Source of the DNA: Candidatus Parcubacteria bacterium
GTDB lineage: Bacteria; Patescibacteriota; Patescibacteriia; UBA1558; GWA2-36-10
Direction: 5' to 3'
Assembly: GCA_018669975.1 (NCBI GenBank)
Contig: JABHSK010000008.1
Coordinates: 2,622 to 66,621 of the forward strand
DNA: 64,000 nucleotides
A program made the position numbers and the translations under genes. The notes below the pieces were generated by a model that was given only the letters and a program-made list of their open reading frames with translations, had not been told where the DNA came from and made no database searches. Below are positions 20,797-31,179 of this stretch, in pieces; positions within the stretch are counted from its first letter, which is position 1, and every line of letters begins with the position of its first letter.

Positions 20797-22255
20797 ATGT
20801 TGTTCAATTCTATACATTTTTTGATATTTTTTCCGCTTATTGTCTTATTATATTTTAGTTTAAGTCATAAATATCGGTGGATTTTATTGTTATTAGCCAG
20901 CTATTATTTTTATATGAGCTGGAAGGTTGAGTATGTAATTTTAATTATATTCTCAACCTTAGTGGATTATTTTGTAGCCATAGCCATAGCCAAAGAGGAT
21001 GATAAACGCATTAAAAAAACCCTGTTGTTTACTAGTATACTCGTCAACGTTGGGCTTTTATTTGTTTTTAAATATTTTAATTTTGTTAGTGATTCCCTAA
21101 GATTAGTTTTAGCTAATTTTAGTATACAATTTTCAGCACCTACTTTGAATATCTTGTTGCCGGTTGGAATATCTTTTTATACTTTCCAAACTTTAGGCTA
21201 CACTATTGATGTTTATCGAGGCAAAATTAATCCAGAAAAACATTTGGGTATATTTGCTCTTTATGTTTCATTTTTCCCCACAGCTTGTAGCTGGACCGAT
21301 TGAGCGTGCCAAAAATTTATTGCCACAGTTTTTTAGAAAAGTTTATTTTGACTATATTAGGGTGACTGATGGGCTTAAGTTGATGCTGTGGGGTATGTTT
21401 AAAAAAATAGTTATAGCTGACAACTTAGCGAAATATGTCAATCTTGTTTATAATGATGTCCACGCTTATACTGGGTTGCCACTTATTATAGCGACTATAT
21501 TTTTTGCTTTTCAAATATACTGTGATTTTTCCGGATATTCAGATATTGCTATTGGTGCTAGTCAGGTGATGGGATTCAAGTTGATGGACAATTTTAAGCG
21601 GCCATATTATTCCAAGTCAATTGCAGAGTTTTGGAAGAGATGGCACATCTCCCTGTCTTCTTGGTTCCGGGATTATTTATATATAACCTTAGGAGGGAAC
21701 AGAGTTTCAATATCACGTTTACATTTTAATTTATTTATAACCTTCTTAGTTAGTGGCTTATGGCATGGTGCAAACTGGACCTTTGTTATTTGGGGAGCAC
21801 TACATGCTTTTTATATTATTTTTGCTTTATTTTCTAAAGGTATTAGAGAAAGAATAGTTGCCTTTATCAAAATTAGGCGTCTGCCCACTTTAAATAAATA
21901 TTCGCAAGTATTAACCACTTTTTCTTTAGTTAGTTTTGCTTGGATATTTTTTCGATCTAATAATGTGTCAGACGCTTTTTATGTAGTAGGTAATTTATTT
22001 AATTGGCAGGGATTTACAGATTTTAGTTATATTCGTGCATCTTTATTTTTGGCTTCCCCATATATCTTTATTGTGAGTGTGGTGGGGATTATATTTTTAG
22101 AGTTTGTTCATTATATCCAACGACAGGGTAGTATACGACATATGATGTCGAATAAGCCCGTCTACCTTAGGTTTTTTGTTTATTATGTTTTACTTTTTAG
22201 CATCTTGTTATTTGGTAACTTTACTAGTCAAGAGTTTATTTATTTCCAATTTTAA
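20797..22255 (+). pseudogene. MBOAT O-acyltransferase (AlgI/DltB-like) split by a +1 frameshift
   Basis: Two overlapping ORFs: LPVGISFYTFQ...SFFP | QLVAGPIER...DFSGYSD...FWKRWHISLS..GLWHGA. One extra C in TTTTTCCCCA at 21271-21280. Confidence 0.85.
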
Positions 22256-22257
22256 TT

Positions 22258-23319
22258 ATGAAAAATATTTGGTTAAAATTATTAATTTTTATATCTCCAT
22301 TGATTGTTTTAGTGGTTGTTGATTTGTATGTATTGCCACCAGGATATTTTACTTATCGTAGCTGGGAGGAAGTTTCATATAATAGATTTGATAATTTTAA
22401 AGTAGGACCATTTTATCCCAATGTTAAAGTAAACAGGTTGGAGGAGGGTAACCTAGGGCACCATAGTGGGTATGCAGAAATTAAAGAAGTTGAATGGGTT
22501 ACAGATCAGTATGGTTATAGAAGTTATGAAGGTAAGGGACACGACACAGTAGTAATTGGAGATAGTTTCATAGCGGGAGCTACCCTTGATCAGGTAGATA
22601 CTTTTACAGAGGTTTTAGAGAGCATGATAGATGGTGATGTTTATTCAATGGCTAACGCTAACATCAATGATTATTTGAGCGATAAAAGATTTTCAGAAGA
22701 GCCTCCTAAAAGAGTAATTATGGCAAGTATTAGATTGTTATCAAATATAGAAACAAAAACGACGAACGAAAGTAGCGTGGAGAAATTTTTTAAGGAGAAA
22801 GATATTACACAAGAAATTATTAAAGAGATTGATAGATTTTTAAAGTTAAGGATAATACGTTATACAAATAGTGCACTTAAAAGAACCATTAATCAGTTTT
22901 TTGATAAAGATACAGTAGCTGACATTGCTTTTATTAGTAATGACGTTTTATTTTTAAAATTGAAAAATGATTATTTACGAAGAACTGATGATGATGTGAA
23001 GCCAGCTGTTTCCATTATAAAAAGTTATCATGATTATTTTACTTCTCAGGGGATAGAATTTATGTTTTTACCTATACCTAATAAGAGAGATATCTATCAT
23101 GAGTTATTACCACAGGAACAAAAATCAAATTTTGTACCTTTATTAGTAGATAGTTTGCAAGATGAGGGGGTGGGGGTTGTAAATATATATACAGTTTTTG
23201 AGGAAGCCTATGAAAACGGAGAAGACTTTTATCATCTTGATGATACACATTGGAACAAAGAGGGTGCTCGCGTAGCTGCCGGGTTAACAGCTGACATGAT
23301 AAATAATACTGAAGAGTAG
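22258..23319 (+). CDS. SGNH-type O-acetyltransferase (AlgJ/AlgX-like)
   Basis: N-terminal TM, GDSF, PNK, DTHW motifs; immediately follows the MBOAT. Confidence 0.8.
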   Translation: MKNIWLKLLIFISPLIVLVVVDLYVLPPGYFTYRSWEEVSYNRFDNFKVGPFYPNVKVNRLEEGNLGHHSGYAEIKEVEWVTDQYGYRSYEGKGHDTVVIGDSFIAGATLDQVDTFTEVLESMIDGDVYSMANANINDYLSDKRFSEEPPKRVIMASIRLLSNIETKTTNESSVEKFFKEKDITQEIIKEIDRFLKLRIIRYTNSALKRTINQFFDKDTVADIAFISNDVLFLKLKNDYLRRTDDDVKPAVSIIKSYHDYFTSQGIEFMFLPIPNKRDIYHELLPQEQKSNFVPLLVDSLQDEGVGVVNIYTVFEEAYENGEDFYHLDDTHWNKEGARVAAGLTADMINNTEE

Positions 23320-23339
23320 TCTCTTTTTGGTATAATATA

Positions 23340-23380
23340 TTGACAAAATATAGTTAGCACTCTATAATATGGAGTGCTAA
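23340..23380 (+). promoter_or_regulatory. groESL promoter overlapped by CIRCE (HrcA operator)
   Basis: TTGACA(23340-45)-17-TATAAT(23363-68); perfect TTAGCACTC-N9-GAGTGCTAA at 23354-23380. Confidence 0.95.
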
Positions 23381-23407
23381 TTTTAATTAATATTAATATT
23401 AAAAAAT

Positions 23408-23683
23408 ATGAACTTAAAGCCATTGGGCGATAGGGTCATTGTTCAACCAATGCCCAAAGAAGAAACCACAAAATCAGGTATTATCTTACCAGAAACAGTC
23501 AATAAAGAGGCTCGTCAAGAAGGTAAATTAGTAGCCATTGGCAATGGTGAAAAAGTCAGCCAGCTTAATCTAGCTACTGGACAAAAAGTTGTATTCTCTG
23601 AATATGGCGGTTCAGATATTAAAGTTGATGATCAAGAGTATAAAATTTTAAATCATGATGATTTACTCGCAATAGTTGAGTAA
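23408..23683 (+). CDS. groES: Co-chaperonin GroES
   Basis: LKPLGDRV, TKSGIILP. Confidence 0.97.
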   Translation: MNLKPLGDRVIVQPMPKEETTKSGIILPETVNKEARQEGKLVAIGNGEKVSQLNLATGQKVVFSEYGGSDIKVDDQEYKILNHDDLLAIVE

Positions 23684-23697
23684 TTTTTTATTAATAA

Positions 23698-25356
<1,659 letters not shown>

Positions 25357-25473
25357 TAATCTAGAATAATATATAAATATGCAAAAATACCCTTTACGGG
25401 TGTTTTTGTGTTATAATAGAAAAGTTATAATATTTTATATATATTGCTTTAAAAACTAATAATTTTAAACATT

Positions 25474-28191
25474 ATGAACAAGAAAATTATTTTAATGACT
25501 ACAATTCTAGCTATGGTAGGCTTGCTTTTTGTAAACCTAGTCGAAGCCAGACAATATGTTGGTCGTTATTCCACTATTTTTGATTTAGATGGTGGAGGAG
25601 ATATTGACTTAACGGATATATCATTAATTGCTAGTTATTTACAAACTAGTAATAACGATGCTTGCTTTAATCAATATGAACCATTTTTAACCTCAGCTTT
25701 TATGGAGTCTGACAGCTGGTGCAGCTCTCTATTAGGGATTACGGGGGCTACTTTAAGATCAGGAGAATATGATGCAGTGGCTGATCTAAACGATGATGGT
25801 ATAGTAAATATTTCAGACCTTGCTTTAATTGCCACTTATTACGGAAATGACTACGGGCAAGTTTGTATGGCTCAGATTGCCAACAACTATAGTATGGAAG
25901 GCACCCCTTGGTGTGATGGTATTTATCAAGGTATTGCTGATACTATCGGTGAGGCTGATGGTGGTCCTGATTTAAGTCCGGAGACTATTACGATATCTCC
26001 AGAGGAGCCTATTGTTTGGACAGAAACAGAAATAACTGTTCAGGTTAGGAATACTGGCACTACTTCTTTTACAGATCAGAGCACTATCAATGATTTTTAT
26101 AGGATGTTAGGAAATTTTGAAGTAGAGCAAGAAATACTACCAGAAGTTTCTACTAGTAATCCAATAGAGCCAGGTGAAACTTACGAGGTTATTTTTCGAG
26201 GTAAATATACTAGACTGGGCAATCAACACTTGAGTTTTGTGGTTGATCCTCAGGATAATTTAGATGAACTAAATGAATATAATAACAGTATAACAGCTAG
26301 AGTTAGCGCTTCAGCATCTTCTGATATTGATTTATCTGTTGAAGATATTAATTTTGAGTCAGATAACAATTTACCCAATGAGACAGGTGTGCTATCCGTT
26401 ACTTTGAAGAATAATGGAGAAGCTATTACCAGTTCACTTGGTGTTTATAGTATATCTAATAATTTTGCTAATAAAGGTTTTGTGTTTTCTGGTGGATCTA
26501 ATAACTATACAGTAGACAGAGACAATAAACATATAACTGGTAGCTTTCCTTTTCACGCTGGAGACACCTTGACCATGTCTTGGCAGGGGCACTTTGCTTC
26601 AGAAGGTAATAAATCTCTACAGTGTGATGCAGATAGATATAATCATTTAGCGGAGACCAATGAGTTAAATAATAGTTTAACTAAAGTAATAGTTATTAGT
26701 TCAAATCAGACCACTTTACCAGATTATCCCGTTTGTGATCACAATGGCGATGGTTTGTATAATTTAAGTGATGTTGCTTTGTTTGCTGGTTGTCAAAACA
26801 CCTTTGATGCTAACGGTGACGGAGTACACAATTTAACCGATCTTTCTTTGTATGCTAGTAACTATAGTGATGCAGCTTGGTGCGCAACTAATTTACCTGA
26901 ATGTGCTCCAGAAGAAGCAGATGAAATGCCCGAACATACAACTTGTGATCATAACAGTGATGGTTTGTATAATTTAGCAGACATTTCTTTGTTTGCTAGT
27001 TGTATGGATACTTTTGATGCCAACGATGATGGTGTACATAATTTAACCGATCTTTCTTTGTATGCTAGTAATCACAATGATCAAGATTGGTGTGAACAAT
27101 ATTTACCTGAATGTGCCTCTGAGGACGATACAGATGATAACAGTGATTATTTAACCATTGTTAAGACTAGAGTAGATCAAATCACGCAAACCTCAGCTAG
27201 AGTGTATTGGCAGGCTAGTATGGGTAGCATGGGCGAATATCGTTATGCTACTTCTACCCAAGGTTTAGCTAGTGCAAGTAGCTGGTCAAATGGTATAGAT
27301 AACCATCCAGACCAGACAGGAAACATGTTTGCTAGTATGGTTACATTGAATAATTTGGAATCTAATACTAAATATTACATAGAGCTCAAAAAATTCTATA
27401 TGGATGGCCCTAACTATGTTTACGGAGATCCTAAGATAATTACTTTCGTTACTTTAGGTGAAGATGATGAGGGTCCAGAGGAAAAAATAACCATTTGTCA
27501 CACAACAGGTAGTGGTAAGAATCAGACTTTAAGTGTCGCAGAGTCTGCTTGGGTAGCCCATCAGAGACACGGGGATACTAGAGGTGCTTGTGAAGAAATT
27601 GACTTGCCACCGGTTATAGTCAAGCCACCAACAATAGTAGACAGTAGTTTAGTTGGTAGAGTTCGTGGTCGAATTTTGCTCCAAGTAGAAAACAATGGTG
27701 AAGCTTGGTATGTGCGCCCTAGTAACGGTAAGAAGGTTTATATGAAAGATGGTGGCGCTGCCTATGGTATGATGAGAAATCTTGGTTTAGGCATTACCAA
27801 TGCGAATTTAAAGAAAATTCCAGTTGGTGTAGAAGATAGGTTTGAGTCACGCGATACAGATGGTGATGGTTTGCCAGATAAACTGGAAGAAGGTCTAGGC
27901 ACAGATCCGAATAATCCTGATACAGATGGTGATGGTCACAATGACCGAACCGAGGTGCTTAATGGATATAATCCACTAGGAACAGGTCAGATGACTTACG
28001 ATAGTAATCTAGTCAATGGTATCTTGGGCAAGATTGTACTTCAGGTAGAGTCTCGTGGTGAAGCCTGGTACATTAATCCTGTAGATGGTAAGCGCTATTA
28101 TATGAAAGATGGTCCCGCTGCCTATCAGATTATGAGATACCTTAGTTTGGGTATTACTAACAAGGATTTAAATAGTATTGATACAGAGTAG
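25474..28191 (+). CDS. Large secreted/surface protein: dockerin/EF-hand-like repeats, CARDB-like, FN3-like, C-terminal GRILLQVE/DTDGDG module
   Basis: Signal peptide; DLNDDGIVNISDL and DANGDGVHNLTDL loops; PDL...VDP..ELNE.NN; DTDGDGLPD; duplicated GxILLQVE..GEAWY. Confidence 0.8.
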   Translation: MNKKIILMTTILAMVGLLFVNLVEARQYVGRYSTIFDLDGGGDIDLTDISLIASYLQTSNNDACFNQYEPFLTSAFMESDSWCSSLLGITGATLRSGEYDAVADLNDDGIVNISDLALIATYYGNDYGQVCMAQIANNYSMEGTPWCDGIYQGIADTIGEADGGPDLSPETITISPEEPIVWTETEITVQVRNTGTTSFTDQSTINDFYRMLGNFEVEQEILPEVSTSNPIEPGETYEVIFRGKYTRLGNQHLSFVVDPQDNLDELNEYNNSITARVSASASSDIDLSVEDINFESDNNLPNETGVLSVTLKNNGEAITSSLGVYSISNNFANKGFVFSGGSNNYTVDRDNKHITGSFPFHAGDTLTMSWQGHFASEGNKSLQCDADRYNHLAETNELNNSLTKVIVISSNQTTLPDYPVCDHNGDGLYNLSDVALFAGCQNTFDANGDGVHNLTDLSLYASNYSDAAWCATNLPECAPEEADEMPEHTTCDHNSDGLYNLADISLFASCMDTFDANDDGVHNLTDLSLYASNHNDQDWCEQYLPECASEDDTDDNSDYLTIVKTRVDQITQTSARVYWQASMGSMGEYRYATSTQGLASASSWSNGIDNHPDQTGNMFASMVTLNNLESNTKYYIELKKFYMDGPNYVYGDPKIITFVTLGEDDEGPEEKITICHTTGSGKNQTLSVAESAWVAHQRHGDTRGACEEIDLPPVIVKPPTIVDSSLVGRVRGRILLQVENNGEAWYVRPSNGKKVYMKDGGAAYGMMRNLGLGITNANLKKIPVGVEDRFESRDTDGDGLPDKLEEGLGTDPNNPDTDGDGHNDRTEVLNGYNPLGTGQMTYDSNLVNGILGKIVLQVESRGEAWYINPVDGKRYYMKDGPAAYQIMRYLSLGITNKDLNSIDTE
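26734..27116 (+). repeat. Intragenic tandem duplication, period 210 nt (70 aa)
   Basis: TGTGATC...ATTTACCTGAATGTGC at 26734-26906 and 26944-27116 (CDHNxDGLYNL...WC...LPECA). Confidence 0.9.
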
Positions 28192-28197
28192 TATAAG

Positions 28198-28225
28198 AAA
28201 AACCCCGCTAAAAGCGGGGTTTTTT
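28198..28225 (+). terminator. Intrinsic terminator
   Basis: AAAAACCCCGC-TAAAA-GCGGGGTTTTTT. Confidence 0.85.
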
Positions 28226-28279
28226 ATTTATTTTAATAATGCTATAATTAACATAATAAAAAATAAGTAATTAAAATTT

Positions 28280-30151
28280 ATGAAAAAATTATTATTATTT
28301 TTCGGTCTACTATTAACCTCTCTTGTTATAGCTGACAGTGTTAGCGCTGCTTCTTTAGAGGTGGTTTATCCAAGTGGAGGTGAAAGATTAAAGGGTGGCG
28401 AGACCTATGAGTTTCGGTTGAATCAAGTGGGCTTAAAGTCAGTCAGGATTCGGTTAGAAAATTCGGAGGGCTATACTATGACCGGAACCTCTGCCTCTAT
28501 AGATATAGATTCAGACGCTAGTCAAGTGAGTTATCAGTACACAGTTCCGAATAGACCAGATTTAGAGGGGGACAATGAATATAAAGTGGACCTGACAGGG
28601 TATAAATTAGATTCTTCTGAACCAGGGGGTAATCCCAGCGCCCAGAGCGATGGTTATTTTTCTATATATCGTGATTTGCCAGATTTAGTGATTACAGATC
28701 TACAGGTTAAACAGTCTGTTGGTTGGTTAATTAACTGGTCTTCTGAGCCTCTAGTTTCTAATAACCGTCTATATTTTGATATTGTAACGGCTAACGAGGC
28801 TAATCCTATAGGTAATTATAGCTCAAAGATTAGAATAGAAGTAGGAGGCATGGTTTGTGAAAGAGAATATTCTACATCAGTACTTTCAGAATACACGACT
28901 TCTTGTTCTTCTTCTGATTTGAAGTTGTCGCCAGGTACTTATCAGGCTATTGCTACTATTGATCCAGAAAATAATGTTGCGGAAGTAGATGAAAATAATA
29001 ATACACAAACAATGACTCTTGAAATTATCGATGCCAACGAATATGTCTGGCCTATAAACGAATGCCAGTCTATTTATCCGCTGCCAGAAGGACACTATCA
29101 TGAGACATGTCTGGATATATTTATTGAAGACATCGAATTATCTTCAGCTAGTCCAAAGGTGAATGAAGAAATAACAATAGCAGTCAAAGGTGTTACTGAT
29201 TTTACCGGTGGACCTGTCACATTAGGAGATTTGGATAGGTATGACAATAATTTTCAAGATTTTATAACAACCAATATAGCGATTACCGAAGAACTTATAA
29301 ATCCAGGCGGACCCTTTGAATATTTATTTACAGGTCATTTTACATCCATTGGACAGAAAGAACTTCATTTTCAATATGACCCATTGAATAGAAAAAATGA
29401 AGCGAGCGAAAGCAATAATGAATATACGGAGGTAGTCTCTGTAGTTGCCAGCTCTAATGGTGATATAGGGGACGCTGATGGTGATGATGAAGCAACGGAC
29501 GATGACGAGCCAACAGAATGTATTGGTGGAACAGGTGATGGTCAGTTGGAATGCATGGATGATTCCGATGACGATACACCACCTGTGCCAACACTCTATG
29601 TAGATCAAAATTTAACCAATCGTCTTAAAGGTAAAATTTTATTGCAAGTGGAAGAACACGGTGAAGCTTGGTATGTTAGGCCAGATGATGGCAAGAGAAT
29701 GTACATGGCCGATGGTGATGCGGCCTATGGTATGATGAGAAATCTAGGTCTAGGTATCACCAACGCTGATTTAGCTAAAATACCAATTGGCTTTGAAGAT
29801 AGATTTGAATGTTTGGATACTGATGGCGATGGTTTATGTAATAAGTTAGAAGATGGGCTAGGCACTGATAAGTATAAAGCAGACTCTGACGGTGATGGTT
29901 TTGATGATGGCACAGAAATACGTAGTGATTATCAACCCCTAGGACCCGATAAGCTAAGTTATGATAATAATTTAATTAATCGTCTTAAAGGTAAGATTTT
30001 ATTGCAAGTTGAGGCTCATGGTGAAGCTTGGTACATAAATCCAGATGACGGCAAGAGGTATTATATGCCAGATGGTCCATCTGCCTATCAAATTATGAGG
30101 TTTCTCAGTTTGGGTATTACCAACAGCGATTTAGCTAAGATTGATACATAA
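28280..30151 (+). CDS. Secreted/surface protein paralogous to 25474..28191 in its C-terminal module
   Basis: Signal peptide, CARDB-like IDPENNVAEVDENNN, near-identical GKILLQVE..GEAWY/DTDGDG C-terminus. Confidence 0.8.
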   Translation: MKKLLLFFGLLLTSLVIADSVSAASLEVVYPSGGERLKGGETYEFRLNQVGLKSVRIRLENSEGYTMTGTSASIDIDSDASQVSYQYTVPNRPDLEGDNEYKVDLTGYKLDSSEPGGNPSAQSDGYFSIYRDLPDLVITDLQVKQSVGWLINWSSEPLVSNNRLYFDIVTANEANPIGNYSSKIRIEVGGMVCEREYSTSVLSEYTTSCSSSDLKLSPGTYQAIATIDPENNVAEVDENNNTQTMTLEIIDANEYVWPINECQSIYPLPEGHYHETCLDIFIEDIELSSASPKVNEEITIAVKGVTDFTGGPVTLGDLDRYDNNFQDFITTNIAITEELINPGGPFEYLFTGHFTSIGQKELHFQYDPLNRKNEASESNNEYTEVVSVVASSNGDIGDADGDDEATDDDEPTECIGGTGDGQLECMDDSDDDTPPVPTLYVDQNLTNRLKGKILLQVEEHGEAWYVRPDDGKRMYMADGDAAYGMMRNLGLGITNADLAKIPIGFEDRFECLDTDGDGLCNKLEDGLGTDKYKADSDGDGFDDGTEIRSDYQPLGPDKLSYDNNLINRLKGKILLQVEAHGEAWYINPDDGKRYYMPDGPSAYQIMRFLSLGITNSDLAKIDT

Positions 30152-30222
30152 TAAACTATATGACCCTCGAGTTTTTCTCGGGGGTTTTTAAATTAAGCTA
30201 ATTTTTGGTATAATATAGATGT

Positions 30223-30747
30223 ATGATTTTTAGAAGTTCAAAACATAGTGTAGACTCCGACACAGGCTTAGAGTTTGATGAAACTACCGAGGTTTGGGTA
30301 GCAGACTTCGGATCTCATAATGTTGAGACTGAGATCAGAGAACAGGTTTTAAAATTAAAGCCGAAAAAGGAAAAAGGCATTAGTTGGATACTGACCTCTA
30401 TTATATTATTATTGTTTATAGTGGCTACAGAGTTTTCATTACGGCAATTTGCAATAAGCTTATATTGGTCTGAATTTACTATTTTTTGGGTCACCTGGCT
30501 GTGGAGATTACTTTTGATTGTTGTTTGGATGTACCTGTCTAGATTTGTCTGGTATGTCAAAATAGATAAAATGTTTGCAGTGGCTATAGTGTCTTTTACT
30601 TTAGCAGTTATTATTCTAGCCATACTCAAGATTTTTTATGTACAAGCTGCTTGGACATGGCTTAATTTATTGGTGGAGCCAATTTGGATGGTTTTAATTG
30701 TTACTTTATTAGGCGTTTTGTTTTTAAAATTTAATAAATATAAATAA
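30223..30747 (+). CDS. Hypothetical 4-TM membrane protein
   Basis: Hydrophobic helices; TATAAT shortly upstream of the ATG. Confidence 0.7.
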   Translation: MIFRSSKHSVDSDTGLEFDETTEVWVADFGSHNVETEIREQVLKLKPKKEKGISWILTSIILLLFIVATEFSLRQFAISLYWSEFTIFWVTWLWRLLLIVVWMYLSRFVWYVKIDKMFAVAIVSFTLAVIILAILKIFYVQAAWTWLNLLVEPIWMVLIVTLLGVLFLKFNKYK

Positions 30748-30767
30748 TTAATAAAATAAAAATAAAG

Positions 30768-31088
30768 ATGGAAGAACACAAGAAAGAAGTCAAACCAGAC
30801 GCAAAGGATATTGAAGCAAATAAAACAATAGCAGCTTTAGCCTATATTGGAATTATTTGTTTTGTACCTTTACTCTTAAAAAAGAGGTCTAAGTTTGCTC
30901 AATTCCATGCTAAGCAGGGCTTACTTTTATTGATCATTGAGGTAGTCGCTTGGCTAATACCGTTTATTGGTTGGTTCTTGATGATGATAGCCATCATCTA
31001 TTCTGTTTTAGGCATTATCAATGCCATGGACGGCAAGTATTGGAAGATGCCTTATCTAGGCAAGTACACAGCTAAATTAAATTTATAA
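30768..31088 (+). CDS. DUF4870/Tic20-like small membrane protein
   Basis: AALAY...FAQFHAKQG...G..WKMPYLG pattern. Confidence 0.75.
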   Translation: MEEHKKEVKPDAKDIEANKTIAALAYIGIICFVPLLLKKRSKFAQFHAKQGLLLLIIEVVAWLIPFIGWFLMMIAIIYSVLGIINAMDGKYWKMPYLGKYTAKLNL

Positions 31089-31179
31089 TTTGACAATTAT
31101 CGATTAAGCGAGATTGAGTCCGGCTTTTTGGTATTGTCTGGCTTAATTTTTATCAACATTAAGATATTAAAAAAATATT

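Noticed and set aside
26734-27116. Repeats considered as a CRISPR array or DGR template/variable repeat
   Set aside because: They are in-frame protein-domain duplications with no spacers, differences are not adenine-specific, and no cas or reverse transcriptase gene is in the window.
31090-31155. TTGACA plus long imperfect hairpin upstream of ppsA as an ncRNA
   Set aside because: Pairing is weak, there is no properly spaced -10 and no recognisable family.
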